A DNA stretch of 64,000 nt from Harriotta raleighana (lineage: Eukaryota): positions 8,276,012 to 8,340,011 of the forward strand of contig JBNZDD010013730.1 in assembly GCA_050575255.1 (NCBI GenBank). The letters are read 5' to 3'. The first letter of the stretch is position 1, and every line of letters begins with the position of its first letter. Below the pieces are notes generated by a model that was not told the DNA's origin, searched no databases, and saw nothing but the letters and a program-made list of their open reading frames with translations. Shown here one piece after another: positions 27,191 through 40,500 of this stretch. A program made the translations under genes and the position numbers.

Positions 27191-30100
27191 GTAAGTACAT
27201 TCTCCTCTAATAAGATCTACTTAAGATCTTCTTAAAATCTACTTGACCTTTGTCCATTTCTGTGTGGGGTAAATCATTTAATATGAGCTTCCAGGGATTT
27301 TGTTCATCTTTTACTAACTGCAGACTGCACACAGCAGAGAATAGAGGCAAAATCTGCTAGTATTTGTTTTCACAAAAAAAAACAGCAATTAGCATCTTGA
27401 AAAAAAAACTGTTGTGCAACAGAGTAGACAGGCTGTCATAATGTATTTGACATGCATCTTGACTGAAAGGAAAAGGCTAGGCTCAAAACATGCTTGGCAA
27501 GAATATTTTATGAGAATGGGTAAGTGACATTTTGGAAAACTGTTAACTTTCCACTATTTCAATGCAACCATTCCTCCTAAATCCTGACGCAGCATCCTAA
27601 ATGCAGAAATGGAAGATGGGTTAAGTAAATGTTTCTGCCTGAATCGGTGCACTTTCTATTTCTGGTATTTTGCATGAACTCTCTTCCTATTGATCCAGCC
27701 ATTCGCATGCTGACCATGCCATTCCAAACCATCTGCCACAATAAAAGCCAACATCCGTTAGCAGATGTTTTGCTATCAACTTGCAAGACTAGTCAATGCC
27801 CCATTGTCTTTATTAAATAATACATAAACATACTGACTGTAAGCAAGGGGCCCATTTTGTGGGACAGTACTGATGCTTGGATTGATATACTACAGGCGCT
27901 CAATGGTCAGAAATATTCATTTCTTTTTAATTTTATGATGGCTCCTTAAAATGTGTATTATACAAGTTTTTGTTTTTAATCACAATGCAATGCACAGTGA
28001 TTAAATGGCTGCAATGATTTCCTATTCATCTCTGACTGCTGTTGAGAGCAAACGAAAGGCATTCCTTACCCCATTTTATTTCAAAATTAAGTGAAATTGT
28101 TACAGAGCAATGTTTTTCCAGAAGTAAAACCTATCGCACACATTTGGACAATACATTAAAATGAGTTTGAATTGACTCCAGCCCAAAAACTTGTGATTTG
28201 TGAAAATGATTTAAGATGATTTTACATGTTAAATAGAACGGGTATTAAAGTAATTTAGAAAAGTCAGCAGTGAAATCTTTTTTTAAATTCATACCATATA
28301 AGACAAAAGGATAAAGGTATATAAGTTGAACAACATTCAGAATTACTAGATTTTGGAACAATGAAGGTTGATACAGTACTTGACAAGAGGAGTAATATGG
28401 TTTTGGAAGCATATATGCATTTATATTTTGAAAATATGTCTCTGTTATAGAGTACCATCTTAGCTCCCATTAGCCAAACAATATGTAAATGGAAGGAGAT
28501 GCTATATTTGCAAATAAAGTTGTTTTTGTTTCCAACAGAGTCTTTCCATCTTAGAGCTGTATACATAGATGAGAGCCACTCAGCTAACATCAGTGGCGCC
28601 CCTCATTGATTGGCTTCACTGGAAATTCCTCAGATTGACATCCAGACAGATGGTGAATCTGATTTTGAGGCATCCAAGCCGATAAGAGTATAATATTGGC
28701 CGAGGAAATAACAGAACTCAGGCAGAACTGAATTGTGCCGCCTCAGACAGCTCTCAATCCATATGCAGGACTGACCCAGTTCCAATCTGTTGAATTTCCA
28801 GTGGAGCAGCTCACTGATGGGTGACACGTTGATGTTAGCTTTTAGTTGGGTGTGGAGTCAAAGAGTGGATGCTATCCATTGGGAAGGAAAAGGGCAATAA
28901 TGCTGCATATATTTCCTACTGCACTAAAGATTTATTCTGTCAATTTGTCACATCACCTAACTACAGAAGGTCCTTTATATTGAATGAACCTTTCTACACT
29001 CAGCTTCCATTTTTAGCTCTCTGATGCATCCTATGCTATGTGCCAATGTTATTGTATTTTACAGTTTATTCTTTACTTCTCTTCCCCTTATATAGTAGGA
29101 GAGCTAGATATGAGAAAAAAATATTGTGCAGGTGAAATGAAAATAAGGCAGGTTGCAACATTTGATCTGGAGATGACATCACATGTCAAAAGTAATCTTT
29201 TTTGGTTGGCCAACAAAATAAATGTTATGCCATTCAAGAAAAACCTGGAAACACACAAACAATTGTACACAAAGTTCACTAGACTAGTACAAATGTTCGG
29301 GTGGGGGGTGGGGCACATCTTAAAGGTCTGGTTAGCCACCACTGCTCTATTCCATATCATATCACATAGGAAAACTGAATTTTCTTAAAATGCTGAATGC
29401 AAGATTTTTTTTCTAAATTTTGCTTAATCGTAAATTTAAAGACAAAATCATCACAGCAGAAATTTCAAGCCTTAGAAGAGTTTTACATTGGGTGAATAAT
29501 GCAATTCAACTATTGCAAGAACATTTGGTCATTTTAAAAAGCATAGCAAGATATTTGAATCACCAATAAGCTTTAAAAAAAAGTCAGCATATATTTTCTT
29601 TCTTTAAGATTTATACTAATCTTAGGATGCTATCCCCCCCTCTCTCAAATACAGGTAAACAAAGCTTTCAGCAACTGACCTCTGCAATTCTCTTCTAAAA
29701 CTATTTAATCTCACTACAACTTCTTTTTTAAAAAAACACCAAAACACTTAACGCTCTGATCATGCCTTTAGTCAACTCTAAATTGTTGCTCAGTGTCAAC
29801 CACTACTATAAGTGTTGCTAAAAAATCTTTCACGCGAAAGGCACCAAATGAAAGTACTTTTCTGTCACAGATAAATTTATGGCTTTATTTCGCTGACTGT
29901 CTAGCACTGTGAGTGCTATTTGCATGGTTGATTCATCGCAAACAGTTATTGGTATTGACATGTTTGACAGTGGGGAAGGCTGCCTCTGCTCTCATATTTC
30001 TGGTGTTTCAATAAGGTGCCACCATCACTTTGATTGCACTTGATCAGTCTGACTTGGTAAGATTTCAGCCAAATCCTATCCACTGTGAATTATCCTGATT

Positions 30101-30263
30101 TCTGCTGTTGGCTCAGTAAAAATCCTAAAGCAAATTAAATATACACACATATTGGGGACTAATATATAGTCATTCGTAGCACAAGTTATTTACCTTGACT
30201 CTTGAGTGGTAACTCTTTAAAAACAACAACTTGCATTTTTATAGCGCTCTATATCTTAAATCA

Positions 30264-30336
30264 TCTGTCCAGCGCCTTGGGACGTCCTCCTGACGTGAAA
30301 CGCGCTCTATAAATGTAATTTTGTTGTTGTTGTTGT
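30264..30336 (+). mobile_element. Isolated L2 3' tail
   Basis: Nearly identical to 33745-33812 (ctgtccagcgccttgggacgtcctcctgacgtgaaacgcgctctataaatg...(ttg)n). Confidence 0.8.
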
Positions 30337-30790
30337 ATATGCGAGGTAGCGCCTAGAGATTCACAGTGGTGGAATCTGACAACGAGCCATGGGAGAAAGA
30401 GGTCAGAGTTGACCATTAGCACAATCGAAAAGGAAGGTCTTTGGGTGGGATTTCGAAGTGGGGTGGGAGTGGGCAATGCAGAGGAATTGATGGAGAGAGT
30501 TCCAGAGTTTCAGGTGAATTGGCTGAAATCATTGCCATCGATGCAGAGGGGACGAGGGACAAACAAGAGGTCGGAGTCAGCGGAGCGGAAGCAGCAGGTG
30601 GTCCATGGGGGGGGGGGGGNNNNNNNNNNNNNNNNNNNNNNNNNNNNNNNNNNNNNNNNNNNNNNNNNNNNNNNNNNNNNNNNNNNNNNNNNNNNNNNNN
30701 NNNNNNNNNNNNGACAAACAGATCAGATAGGTAGGGAGGTGTGAGGGCATGAAGGGATTTGAAAATGAGTGAGAGCATCTTGTTGGTAAC
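30337..30790 (-). mobile_element. L2-clade LINE fragment interrupted by an assembly gap
   Basis: Minus strand reads LIFKSLHALTPPYLSDLF, homologous to the 33357 copy; N run at 30620-30712. Confidence 0.65.
30620..30712. other. Assembly gap (93 N)
   Basis: Run of n following a poly-G tract. Confidence 0.99.
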
Positions 30791-32706
30791 CAGAAGTGGA
30801 TCACATCTGCATACAAGAACTCCAGTGAGTGGACATAAATCATGTCAGAGCTGAGTTCAGTATGATGTATTTTCCATCACAGCAGTATCCTCTATTGATG
30901 ATTCCTAGTATAATTCACTGCATATTCGATCCCACGATATGAATTTGAACTGAATTTTATTATTAACGTTGCTCCCAGCAAAATTGAAGGTCTGGGGTTT
31001 GGTTAAACTAAATCTAATTGGAAATTCAGATCAGATGTTTGGTTAAAACTGCTGGCTGTTTGGGGCTGTAACTGAGGGAATAGCACAAAATGCCAAAGGA
31101 TTCTTTGACTAATGGAGGCAAACCTTCCTGGGCAATCTCTCTGCATTTCTTTCTGTTTTAAAAATAAAGAAAGGCTACAGGAAAATCAATGCATATTGTT
31201 GGAGGATACAATTAGCTCTGAATTCAGTCAGCTGAGGACAAATATATAATTTTGACGGTACAGTAGTTAAAATGACGGATTGCTTTGTATGAAAATGCAC
31301 CTCCCGTGGGTTAATAGTTTCTCAGCAGTTTTACTTCAAGTAACTTTTCCATTCAATGTGCCGCATAGATTCTCGCTGCAGAATTTGAACCATATTGCTG
31401 AATCAACTGAAACAACAGATCAGGAAAGTGTTTTCATGCCCCCCATCACACTGAAATACTTCATGGGAAAGTGGGGATTCCATCATTCATTCATTGCCCC
31501 ATTCTCATTTTATTATAAGCGGAGCTCTCACCAGCTGTGAGGAATTTTAAATGGTCAAGAAAATCTGTAAAAACCACCTTAAACCTATAGCGGTGGACAC
31601 CCATATTAACTGACACAAATGTGGCTAAAAATAAACAACTTATAATGCCTTGCACAACCATCCATCACATCCTTAATTGCTTACTAGATTGTTACTAGAT
31701 TCAGTCATGCTTAATAATAACGGAGATTAAGTCAGGTACTGCATTACACAAGTTTGCGTTTTGGATTCTCATCCATTCTTAGTGTAGCCAAGTCACATAA
31801 TAATAGGCTGCCATCTGCCACATCACATCAAATCATAGGTTTTACAGACCTGGTTTCACTTAATTAGCATTTGATTTGCTCAGTTCTACCACCTTGAAAG
31901 TAATTATACTAAGAAAAGCCCTGGATTTAATGTGCAAACATCAGTTGGCAAGTTGTCATTTCATCACCTAACGTTTCTGGATGTAGATTGCAGAAAAATA
32001 GTAGCTCGCAACGTAAGCTTTAATTTAATGTAGTCATGCCCACAAATCGGGAAAACAAGCACAACACAAATATCCTAGAGGCCAATTTCTGTAAGGGTTA
32101 TTTGTCTTAAAATGCCTGGAGACTGGAAATTTCTCATGGTCTTAGCTTTAAGTCTGTTCAATGCCAGTGCAGTACTATTACCTTTAAATCAGTTTGAGTT
32201 TCATGTCTTCTGAGATTTTTGAAAAACTGTTTTGACATGTATGATCACGCAAAATTGTTCAATGTTCGTAAGTCAGAACTTTGGAAATCTGACTTGCAAA
32301 TTTAAGAATGTTCTAAAAATTTTAAACTGTCTGAAATGGTGCTCTTGAGGCTATGACCGTGTGATATGTGGACACTTACATTTTAAAACCAAAGCAGTTC
32401 TAAGGTAAAGAATTTCATTGGTTTGAGTTCCAAGATCTTTCACTGATGATTTACTGACTAACTTTGTAGCCTTAGCCCAGTTCTCCTGCCTTAATCCCTG
32501 TATATTGCAAATACTGGTCTTGCATCAGTACATCCGCAAAAACATAAGAAGCATGTTACAGTATTACCTTTCTTTAATATTGTAACATTGACTTTTTATT
32601 TTATTAACAGATATCATTAATATACTTTCAAGATGTATACTAAACCAACATTTTCTTATGCACTTGTGTAGTTTCAATGGTAGAAGAGTTTATTGTGTAT
32701 TTTTAA

Positions 32707-32758
32707 AAATATATATATTATATATTATATATACTGTATATATATATATATTTATATA
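32707..32758. repeat. (TA)n-rich microsatellite
   Basis: Imperfect TA dinucleotide run. Confidence 0.8.
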
Positions 32759-33356
32759 ACGAAGGTCCTCTTTCTGTTAGTATTTCCTGGGTTTAGCAAG
32801 TATCCCTTTCTGAATAGCTGTCTAGATGAACTGCAGAGCTGCAGGGGATATAGAAAGGCCGCTATTCAAATCTGCGAACAGCTCCAGTGCTCCTTCGGAT
32901 ATTACAGTGGCTCTGATCTCAATGCACTTAATGATGCTTCTAATTGTCGTGGTCCAGGGCTATCTGATGGTACAGAGCTGTAGATGGCATGAGTGCAACC
33001 AGCTGTATTTGTGCTGCTCCCATTATGTTTTGCGAGCAGGTAAATGGTACCAGAGGAATATACCGGACTGGATAAGACCATTGTAATCCTTTTGGCTGGT
33101 CTCAAAGTTAATAAAAATTTAAATTAATTAATTGAATGAATGAACACTCACACGTGCGCGCACATAGACACACAAACATACATACATATATGCATACATG
33201 AATAAATACTCGTTGACCTTTACATTTCTGAATCTCTTTGTTCTGGTTGACTAATTATTACTAACAAAGTGATTTGAAGCCACACCTCTTCAATTTGAGA
33301 TCATAACACTTCCGTAATAGCAAAAACGTACTTGTTACAAATGCATCAAGCATGTC

Positions 33357-33812
33357 TGCGTTCAAATTCAAGATCCTCATCCTTACCTACAAGGCCATCC
33401 ACGGCCTTCCTCCCTCCTACCTCTCCGACCTACTGTCCCCCTAACTACCTGCCCGTATCCTCCATTCCTCTGGCTCTAGTCTGCTCCATATCCCCTGCCC
33501 TAACTGTCCTACCATCGGCGGCCGGGCTTTCAGCCGCTCAGCCCCCAGGCTCTGGAACTCCATCCCCCAGTGCCTTCGCCTCGCTTCCTCCCTTTCCTCT
33601 TTTAAGGCCGGTCTCAAGACCTTTCTCTTCGACCGTGCCTTCAGCTCCCCTCTCGACTCTCTACCCCCTCCTCGCTCCCAGCCTCCCCCGCCCCCCCCCT
33701 CCCCCTCGCCCTGAACATTTCCCCCTGCTCGGGTCTTAAACCAACTGTCCAGCGCCTTGGGACGTCCTCCTGATGTGAAACGCGCTCTATAAATGCAATC
33801 TTGTTGTTGTTG
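33357..33812 (+). mobile_element. 5'-truncated L2-clade LINE (ORF2 C-terminus, C-rich 3' UTR, (TTG)n tail)
   Basis: Translates FKFKILILTYKAIHGLPPSYLSDLLSP*...IGGRAFSRSAPRLWNSIP...FKAGLKTFLFDRAF, typical of the L2 ORF2 end. Finishes cagcgccttgggacgtcctcctgatgtgaaacgcgctctataaatgcaatcttgttgttgttg. Confidence 0.85.
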
Positions 33813-34124
33813 TCTATGCTTTAGTTAATGGAAGTTCTCCACTGCAAACAACAATTGCTTCATTCATTTACTCATACAGAAGATCTCTTCTTTCCTTCCC
33901 ATTGCTCAGCATTGCTTTTGGTCTACACTGGGGATGGAGTTTAAAGTGTAAGATATGTTTCAAGTGTATTTCAAAGGTATAGAGAAATATCACCCCTACT
34001 TGTTTCTATCTTTGTAAAATATGGTTTAAGTAATTCATGGTTTGCTGATAGGGCAGTATTTTTGGAAAGCAAAATGGTTGATAGTTTGAGAGAGTCTTTC
34101 ACTGAACCAAATCAAGATACAAAA

Positions 34125-34510
34125 TAATACTAACGATAATCCTTCAATTTTATGTAGCGCCTATCACATCTTTGAGACACCCCAAAGCGCTTCACAGAAT
34201 TTAATGTAAAGTGAAATGACACTACATTTGTGGGCGAAACACAGCAGCCAATTGCACACAGCAGTGGCCCATCAACAGTCGTGGATTGAGTCTCCAAATA
34301 ATTAGTTTTTCAAAAAAAAAATGTTTTGAAGGGATTACCCCGAGAAAAGCGATCCACCAATCAACTAATAATCAGGTTCTTACTTTCCTCTAGGTAAACA
34401 GAGGTGTGTGGAATAAGGAAATTTGCCCAACATTTCACCCTGCTTGGTAATTGAACCCAGGTCCTCTTGCTTGAGAGGCAAGTGCTATAACTACTAAGAT
34501 ACAGGGCTTC
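34125..34510 (-). mobile_element. tRNA-derived SINE, near full-length, same family as 57988
   Basis: Reverse complement of the 57988 element, including B-box (ttgaaccc on +) and the ccaaagcgcttcacagaat tail. Confidence 0.75.
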
Positions 34511-37500
34511 ACAACATCTTTCTTTGTCTTTAAACACATGTAGTTTACTTTAAGTAACATATCCCAATGAATTTGATGTTCTAATTCCTTGCAATATATC
34601 TTTTTAAGGGTATGGGGGTTAGAGTTAGAGCTATTTTCTCAATGCATTGTCATCTGAATTTTCATGCAAATACCTTGTTTTGTGCTCTCCAGTTGAAGGA
34701 TTATCACTAATGTGTGATTTCATAACCAACCTCAGAGCTGCAAAATATATAGAAGGCTTTTACTCACTTATAAAATTCAGTCGCTGTACTTTACCTTAAA
34801 TTCTGTGAAGCAGAAGATGTCCTCACAAAGTGAAAGGCATCATATCACAAGGATTATTATTACTACAGTAACAGTATTTGCCGATATTTTGCAAAATATC
34901 TTTCCCTTTGGTTTCTCCAGCCTTTTTCCTTTTGGTATATATAACCCTTGTATTATTTTATAACATCTAAAATGTCAAAATCTTCTCAAAGAACTTCAGA
35001 GGAAGTATTTGTAGGACAAACCATTTTCTTGGCAGAAAGGAAAACAGCAAAAGAAATATTGGGGAGATAAAATTATCAGGGTTGGTAAAATATAGAGGGG
35101 AAAAGTAAAGTCAATCTAGAATCGACCTAAGGTTTCACTGCTGACTTCATGTTCTCTAATAAAATAAATCAAATTAAAATGGTCTTTGGTAGGAAATCAT
35201 TACACCACGACTGAATGTTTATTTAGTGTATTTAAGTATATATGACGGCTTCCAGAAATAGTTCCTCAGAATTTCTGGAAACATCTCTTGTTTGTCTATA
35301 AAGCTGTTGCAGTCATGCGATATGCAAATGCATTTTGGGCAATTGCATCTATGGTCGATGTGTTTGTCCATTCAGTTTTGTGAACCATTTTTCTCTAGTT
35401 AGGATTAATAATTCCTGATTTCTCCTAATGCATGCAGCTCATCCAAAGCATGATAGGACACAGCCAAGTGTTTCGTCTCTAGAAGTTGCTATCTCAAAGC
35501 AAGGTAGGATTTCTGAATACTATCGGTCTAGACCATAAGAAATACAATATTTCTTGTGGGTATGTTCACTAGGTGTGCTTTGAAAGTGCTTGCCTTCTCA
35601 GATAGGTTGCAGAATATTATTTTCAGAAAACTATACATAAATATGCGTTGATATTTCCTGTATCCTACAACCTAATTTTTGGTATGAAAGGGTATCTTCA
35701 GAAATATCTATCACATCTGGTGTGAAATATGATAATATAGTAATGTAAAAAAAGAGTCACTAGGATTATTTTGTATAGATAGTTAAGAACCAGAGCAGTT
35801 TGGGAAAGACTACTCTCTATTTTCGAATTCAGGTATTGTGTGTCGATTTGAAATACTTATTAATTTATTTGAAGGAAGGCTAAGGAATATCAATTATTTA
35901 CTAGTATTTATTTTGCACTTAATCCCGCATTGCACTTAATAAGAAGAAAATAATGTAGAACCGCTATTTGATGCAGGTCTGCTGTAGCACAAAACAGTAT
36001 TCATGGTAATGGAAAAGCACCAGGGGAAAATTAGCTGTTTTTTCTATACAGTATTTGTATCCTAATTGCACCATAAATGAGTTATTGAATTTATGCAGTT
36101 AGCAGCTTATAAACTGCATCTGTGTAAAGATGCAATCCCTCGTATGTAATACCTGCAGGTTTCAGGATACCTGGAAACATGTGGTGCCATACTGTAATTC
36201 AATCTGGCGTCATAAAAAATTCTGGGCGATAAAGGGATTACCGTTCTAATGTGGGCATTTTAATTCTTTAGACCTTTAGTTCATCAAAACAAACTGGTAG
36301 AATGCTTTCCATGAATAAAATCTACAAAATATATTTGATTTAATTATCTTGTGTTTCTCTAGTGCATCTGTTGTATTCTACTGCATGCTTTCTATAAAAT
36401 GTACTTTAAACGTGCACTGGAACCCTTTTCATTCAGGTTTATAGTATTGGCATGAGTTTGGCCTAATAAACTCACATTGCACAAGAGTGCAGAAGTAATA
36501 TTTTATTAGTTGAGCAGTGTTTTGCATTGCCATTTTATGTGGCTTGATACTTCCATCATTTTATGTGGAAATACCAGGAAGGAATGGCTGTCTTCAATAC
36601 AGGTAGGTCTGGGCACCTTCCCAATATATGTAACACTTTTTTTTCACTTAAAATGGTTTTTGAAGCCACTTTTGTTGTCAAAAACACCCGTACTTCCTCT
36701 CAGCAGAAACTTTACAGACCTTGGTGAGCAAGTGTATCACATTCAATGATACTCAGTAAATTTACCAAATTTGGCAGTGTGAGTGGAAAAAGGAATAGAG
36801 GCGGATAGGGAGATAGAATTAGGAGGTGGGAGGTTAATGTAGAGGAGAAACAGCAGCATGGATTTATTGGGCTGAGTGCAGGTCCTGTACAGTACATGTC
36901 ATTCTGTACAATTTCAAAAAAGTCTTCATCATTTTATTGTATTTTATTTTTATCCACTCGTTCCTCTAATTATCCCTGGTTCCTTATTGAGAGGTCAAAG
37001 TTTTTTTCCTTACTGCCTTGAAGACTATCTGTTGACAGGTGGGTGTCACAGGATTGGAGGAATGTGTCTCTCGAAGGTTTGTGATTTATATAACCAGCTT
37101 GATTCGTCTTCAGCCTGTTTCTACAGTGTGAAGACCCACAGGTTTTTTCAATTCTCTTAGATGTATGAGAGTTCAGAAAAGATATGAATAGAGACAAAGA
37201 TTAAAATCCTTCTGTCCCTTTATCTTAAAAAAAAACTCATATCATGAATTCCTGATGNCAATTCTCTTAGATGTATGAGAGTTCAGAAAAGATATGAATA
37301 GAGACAAAAGATTAAAATCCTTCTGTCCCTTTATCTTAAAAAAAACCTCATATCATGAATTCCTGATATCAATGCAAAGTGTTGGGTATATGACTATTTA
37401 TCAGGATAATGTCTACAACTAGATTTTAAAGACCTATTAAGGATAGGGCCACTAAATTTCAGCGTGTGTCAGGCACCCAGCTGACAAAAACAAATGTTTA

Positions 37501-40500
37501 GAGTAAACTGTAAATCAACAACACAATAACTTTGACTATGTTGATGAATGCAGATCAGTGCATAAGACAAAATGATGGTGTACAGTATTTGGCATAGGAA
37601 TGGGGTGCAGCTGGAGATAAAGGTACTGAGAGCAGATGTTCTATGAAATAGACCACAATCATAACTAAGAGCAAATGGGCCCAGAGGATTTGTGCAGAGA
37701 AGGCAAGGGGAAAGCCTTGAACCTTCTGATGATCTAATGTTTCCTCCTACTACCCTACTTCAGCAGACAAATAATTTACTCTGTGTTTTGGTTTCTACCT
37801 GAAAGGGACCTGAACTTCAGATTATAACACGGGGATTTGTCACACACAGGTTGATAACAGTAGTGATCTTCAATCTTTGTTTTGCTTGTGTCGAATGGAA
37901 TCTTCTTGTAAACACATAAGGAAAAGATCACCAGGTTTAAAAATTAGATTGATATTGAATGCTCAGATTTATCTCTTGCACTCCTTGTATTCTTTGATTA
38001 ATAAGGAAACCTGCCTTTAACACTTGCAACTTTTGAGGCTTGTTCCCATCATGATCTCACCGAAGAACAACAAAATGCCACGATGTGATAGAGGACAAAG
38101 AGAATGAGCGGACACCCACAATTTACTTTATTTAAACCATTGGTTCCGATTCTTTTGTGATTGAAGTGAGTGAAATTTGTGCTTTGTGACAAAAAGTTTC
38201 TTCTACTTTTTCCATCTAATGTCAACTTCAAGAGGTACCAGAAGGAGATGTGAATCGGTTTCTATTCCGGTTTAATAGCACACGTTAACCCTAATTCTGG
38301 ATGAAAGCCCGTACAGCACCATTGCCAACTCTCCCTAGTAATTATCTTTGTGGCTTTTGTTGGTGAAACTGAAAACTTCACACATATTTGTGCCAAATCA
38401 TAGTGCATTTTTTTCTGTTGGCTCAAACCCACTGAAACAAATCCATTTCATGAAGACAAGTTACAAGAGAAACTGAAGCTATGGGATGGATTCAAATCAA
38501 GTGAAACTTTGGTGCTCTAATGCCTTGTGGCACCTGATTCTCCCATAGAATTTGTTATTCATTTTGCTCTTTCATTGAGTAGTAAGTGGTGGTACTGGAA
38601 GTCATTTGCAAAATGTTACCAAAACAAAGCTCATTCAGTTTGAGTTTGAAAATATTAATTGCAATAAACTCGATTATGTGTCTGAAGCAACCATTATCCG
38701 ATGATTGAGCTCAAAATTAAGCTTCGTAATTCTTGATAGAGTTATGCACTGATGGAGTAATGTAATTTTAATATTCTTTTAAACAGCAATCAATGCCATC
38801 GGTACCATTTTGAGTCTGATAAATGTGCAAACTGTAAAGCACAGCAGCTAATATCAATACTCTGAAGATGCCCAGATTCAGAAATTCTAGTATCAAATCT
38901 ACAGCGATCTGCTTACAAAAGATTGTATTTATAACTATGTAGAATGATGATTTTTATGAGTTCAAAGCTGATTAACTATCAATGATCTTTCACTTTTTAT
39001 TTGCGATAGCTAATGCCCGTAGGGCTCAGACATGGAGATACAGCATTTTCTTCAACAGGTTAAGAAATATCTCTTCAAATGTCAGTCTTCACTGGATGAT
39101 TGGAATCTGAATTGGCACCAGTAGACATGACAATTTATTTAATTTGTTCCAATGTTGTGACTTTATAAGTAAAATAATGTTACTGCTGTCGAGCAATATT
39201 ATTCCTGATCTTCTCAAATAGAGAATTTTAAGTAAATATAGGTATAACTCTTTCCAGATGAGGGTTCTCCATTCGCTTTTCTATCCAGACACAGGAATAG
39301 ATTATAAGATATCATCTTGGAGCAATCTTTTTGATGTACCAGAGAATGTGGAAAGGGGAGAAAGTACTGTTAAATTGAACATGAAATTGATTCAAGCAAA
39401 TTAAGAAAGATATTTTAATAAGACTTCAGCATCTGTGTGGGCACAAAAGCTGAAGTCAAGAGGAAATAACTAGCATCACATCATCGTCAGTTTTAGGATG
39501 TCTTGTGTTGGTTACTCAAGTATATTTAACTTGTAGTTTAGTCCTCCCTTGCAGCAAGTGTACCATAGTACTGTATCTTTGTATTCATTTAATACAAGTG
39601 ATATGTACTAATTACTTGAAATGGTTGGGGAGTGTTCTGCAGTCGTTTGTTTGAGCTTGTGATGAAGTGAAGCCGGCGCTGACGCATCAGTTAAATAGTC
39701 TTTTCTTAGGTTCTGCAGGCCAGTGTTGTTTGCTCAGTGTCAACACTGCCTTGAGGGAATGGGAGGAGGAGTGTAGACACTACCATGGCTGACAAAAGGT
39801 GCACTACTTGTTTTGTTGAATGTAAAGCAGGGTTGGGGTCATGTGTGTTACAGATCCAGAAGATATCAGGTTACATATCTAGTAGAAAAAATAATCTGGG
39901 TTCTCGTTCCTGACAGTTGTTCATTGACCTCTGGTATGAAGGTGTGGATAAACTCCAAGGTCAGGACTGGGCTGAGATATGAACTTAATCTGGCGACACA
40001 CATTATCTGGATCTAAACTCATAGACAGTGCAATGGGACAGGGTACAGGAGACAATCAGTGGAACTGTGCTCCACCATGAACCACTGCTTTGAGAAGCAA
40101 AGAGTGTGTTTACGTGTGGGTGGTTGGGGTGGGGGGTTGGTTAGGGGAAGAGAGAGAAAAGATTTTGTGAAACCTGGAAACATGGCTCCCTGGAGAACCT
40201 CAATGAAGACTAATTCTATAGATTTTAACATTGAGCAATATGGGAGAGTTATTTCTACTGAAATAACACTGGATCTTTTGTTCTGGTAAATACCACCTGA
40301 ATGTAGGTTTCTAACATATTTCTATTATGTGTATTTTTCTACTGCCGTTCCCATGGTTAAATAAATAGAAAAACAAGCTACTTAAATTGGTGTTTCGAAA
40401 GGCTGCCCACCTTGCATTAGAGATTAATTTCATACGATTCTAGACTGAAAATTATGCCTTCCTTCTTAATTTTTAAACCTGTGCAGCAGCTACTCCAAAA

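Noticed and set aside
32826-33086. GPI-signal-like stretch SANSSSAPSDITVALISMHLMMLLIVVV as an alternative last exon
   Set aside because: The hydrophobic segment is followed by more than 40 residues and there is no good in-phase acceptor.
33332-33739. 135-aa Pro/Ser-rich ORF
   Set aside because: Alternative frame of the L2 LINE 3' end.
29614-34399. Recursive-splice-like YAG|GTAAAC sites at 29654 and 34393
   Set aside because: Donor halves are weak, the intron is only 19 kb, and the second site lies inside a SINE.
34883-35280. Short palindromes (gatattttgcaaaatatc; ttccagaaat...atttctggaa)
   Set aside because: Arms of 9-10 bp are expected by chance in 64 kb of AT-rich DNA.
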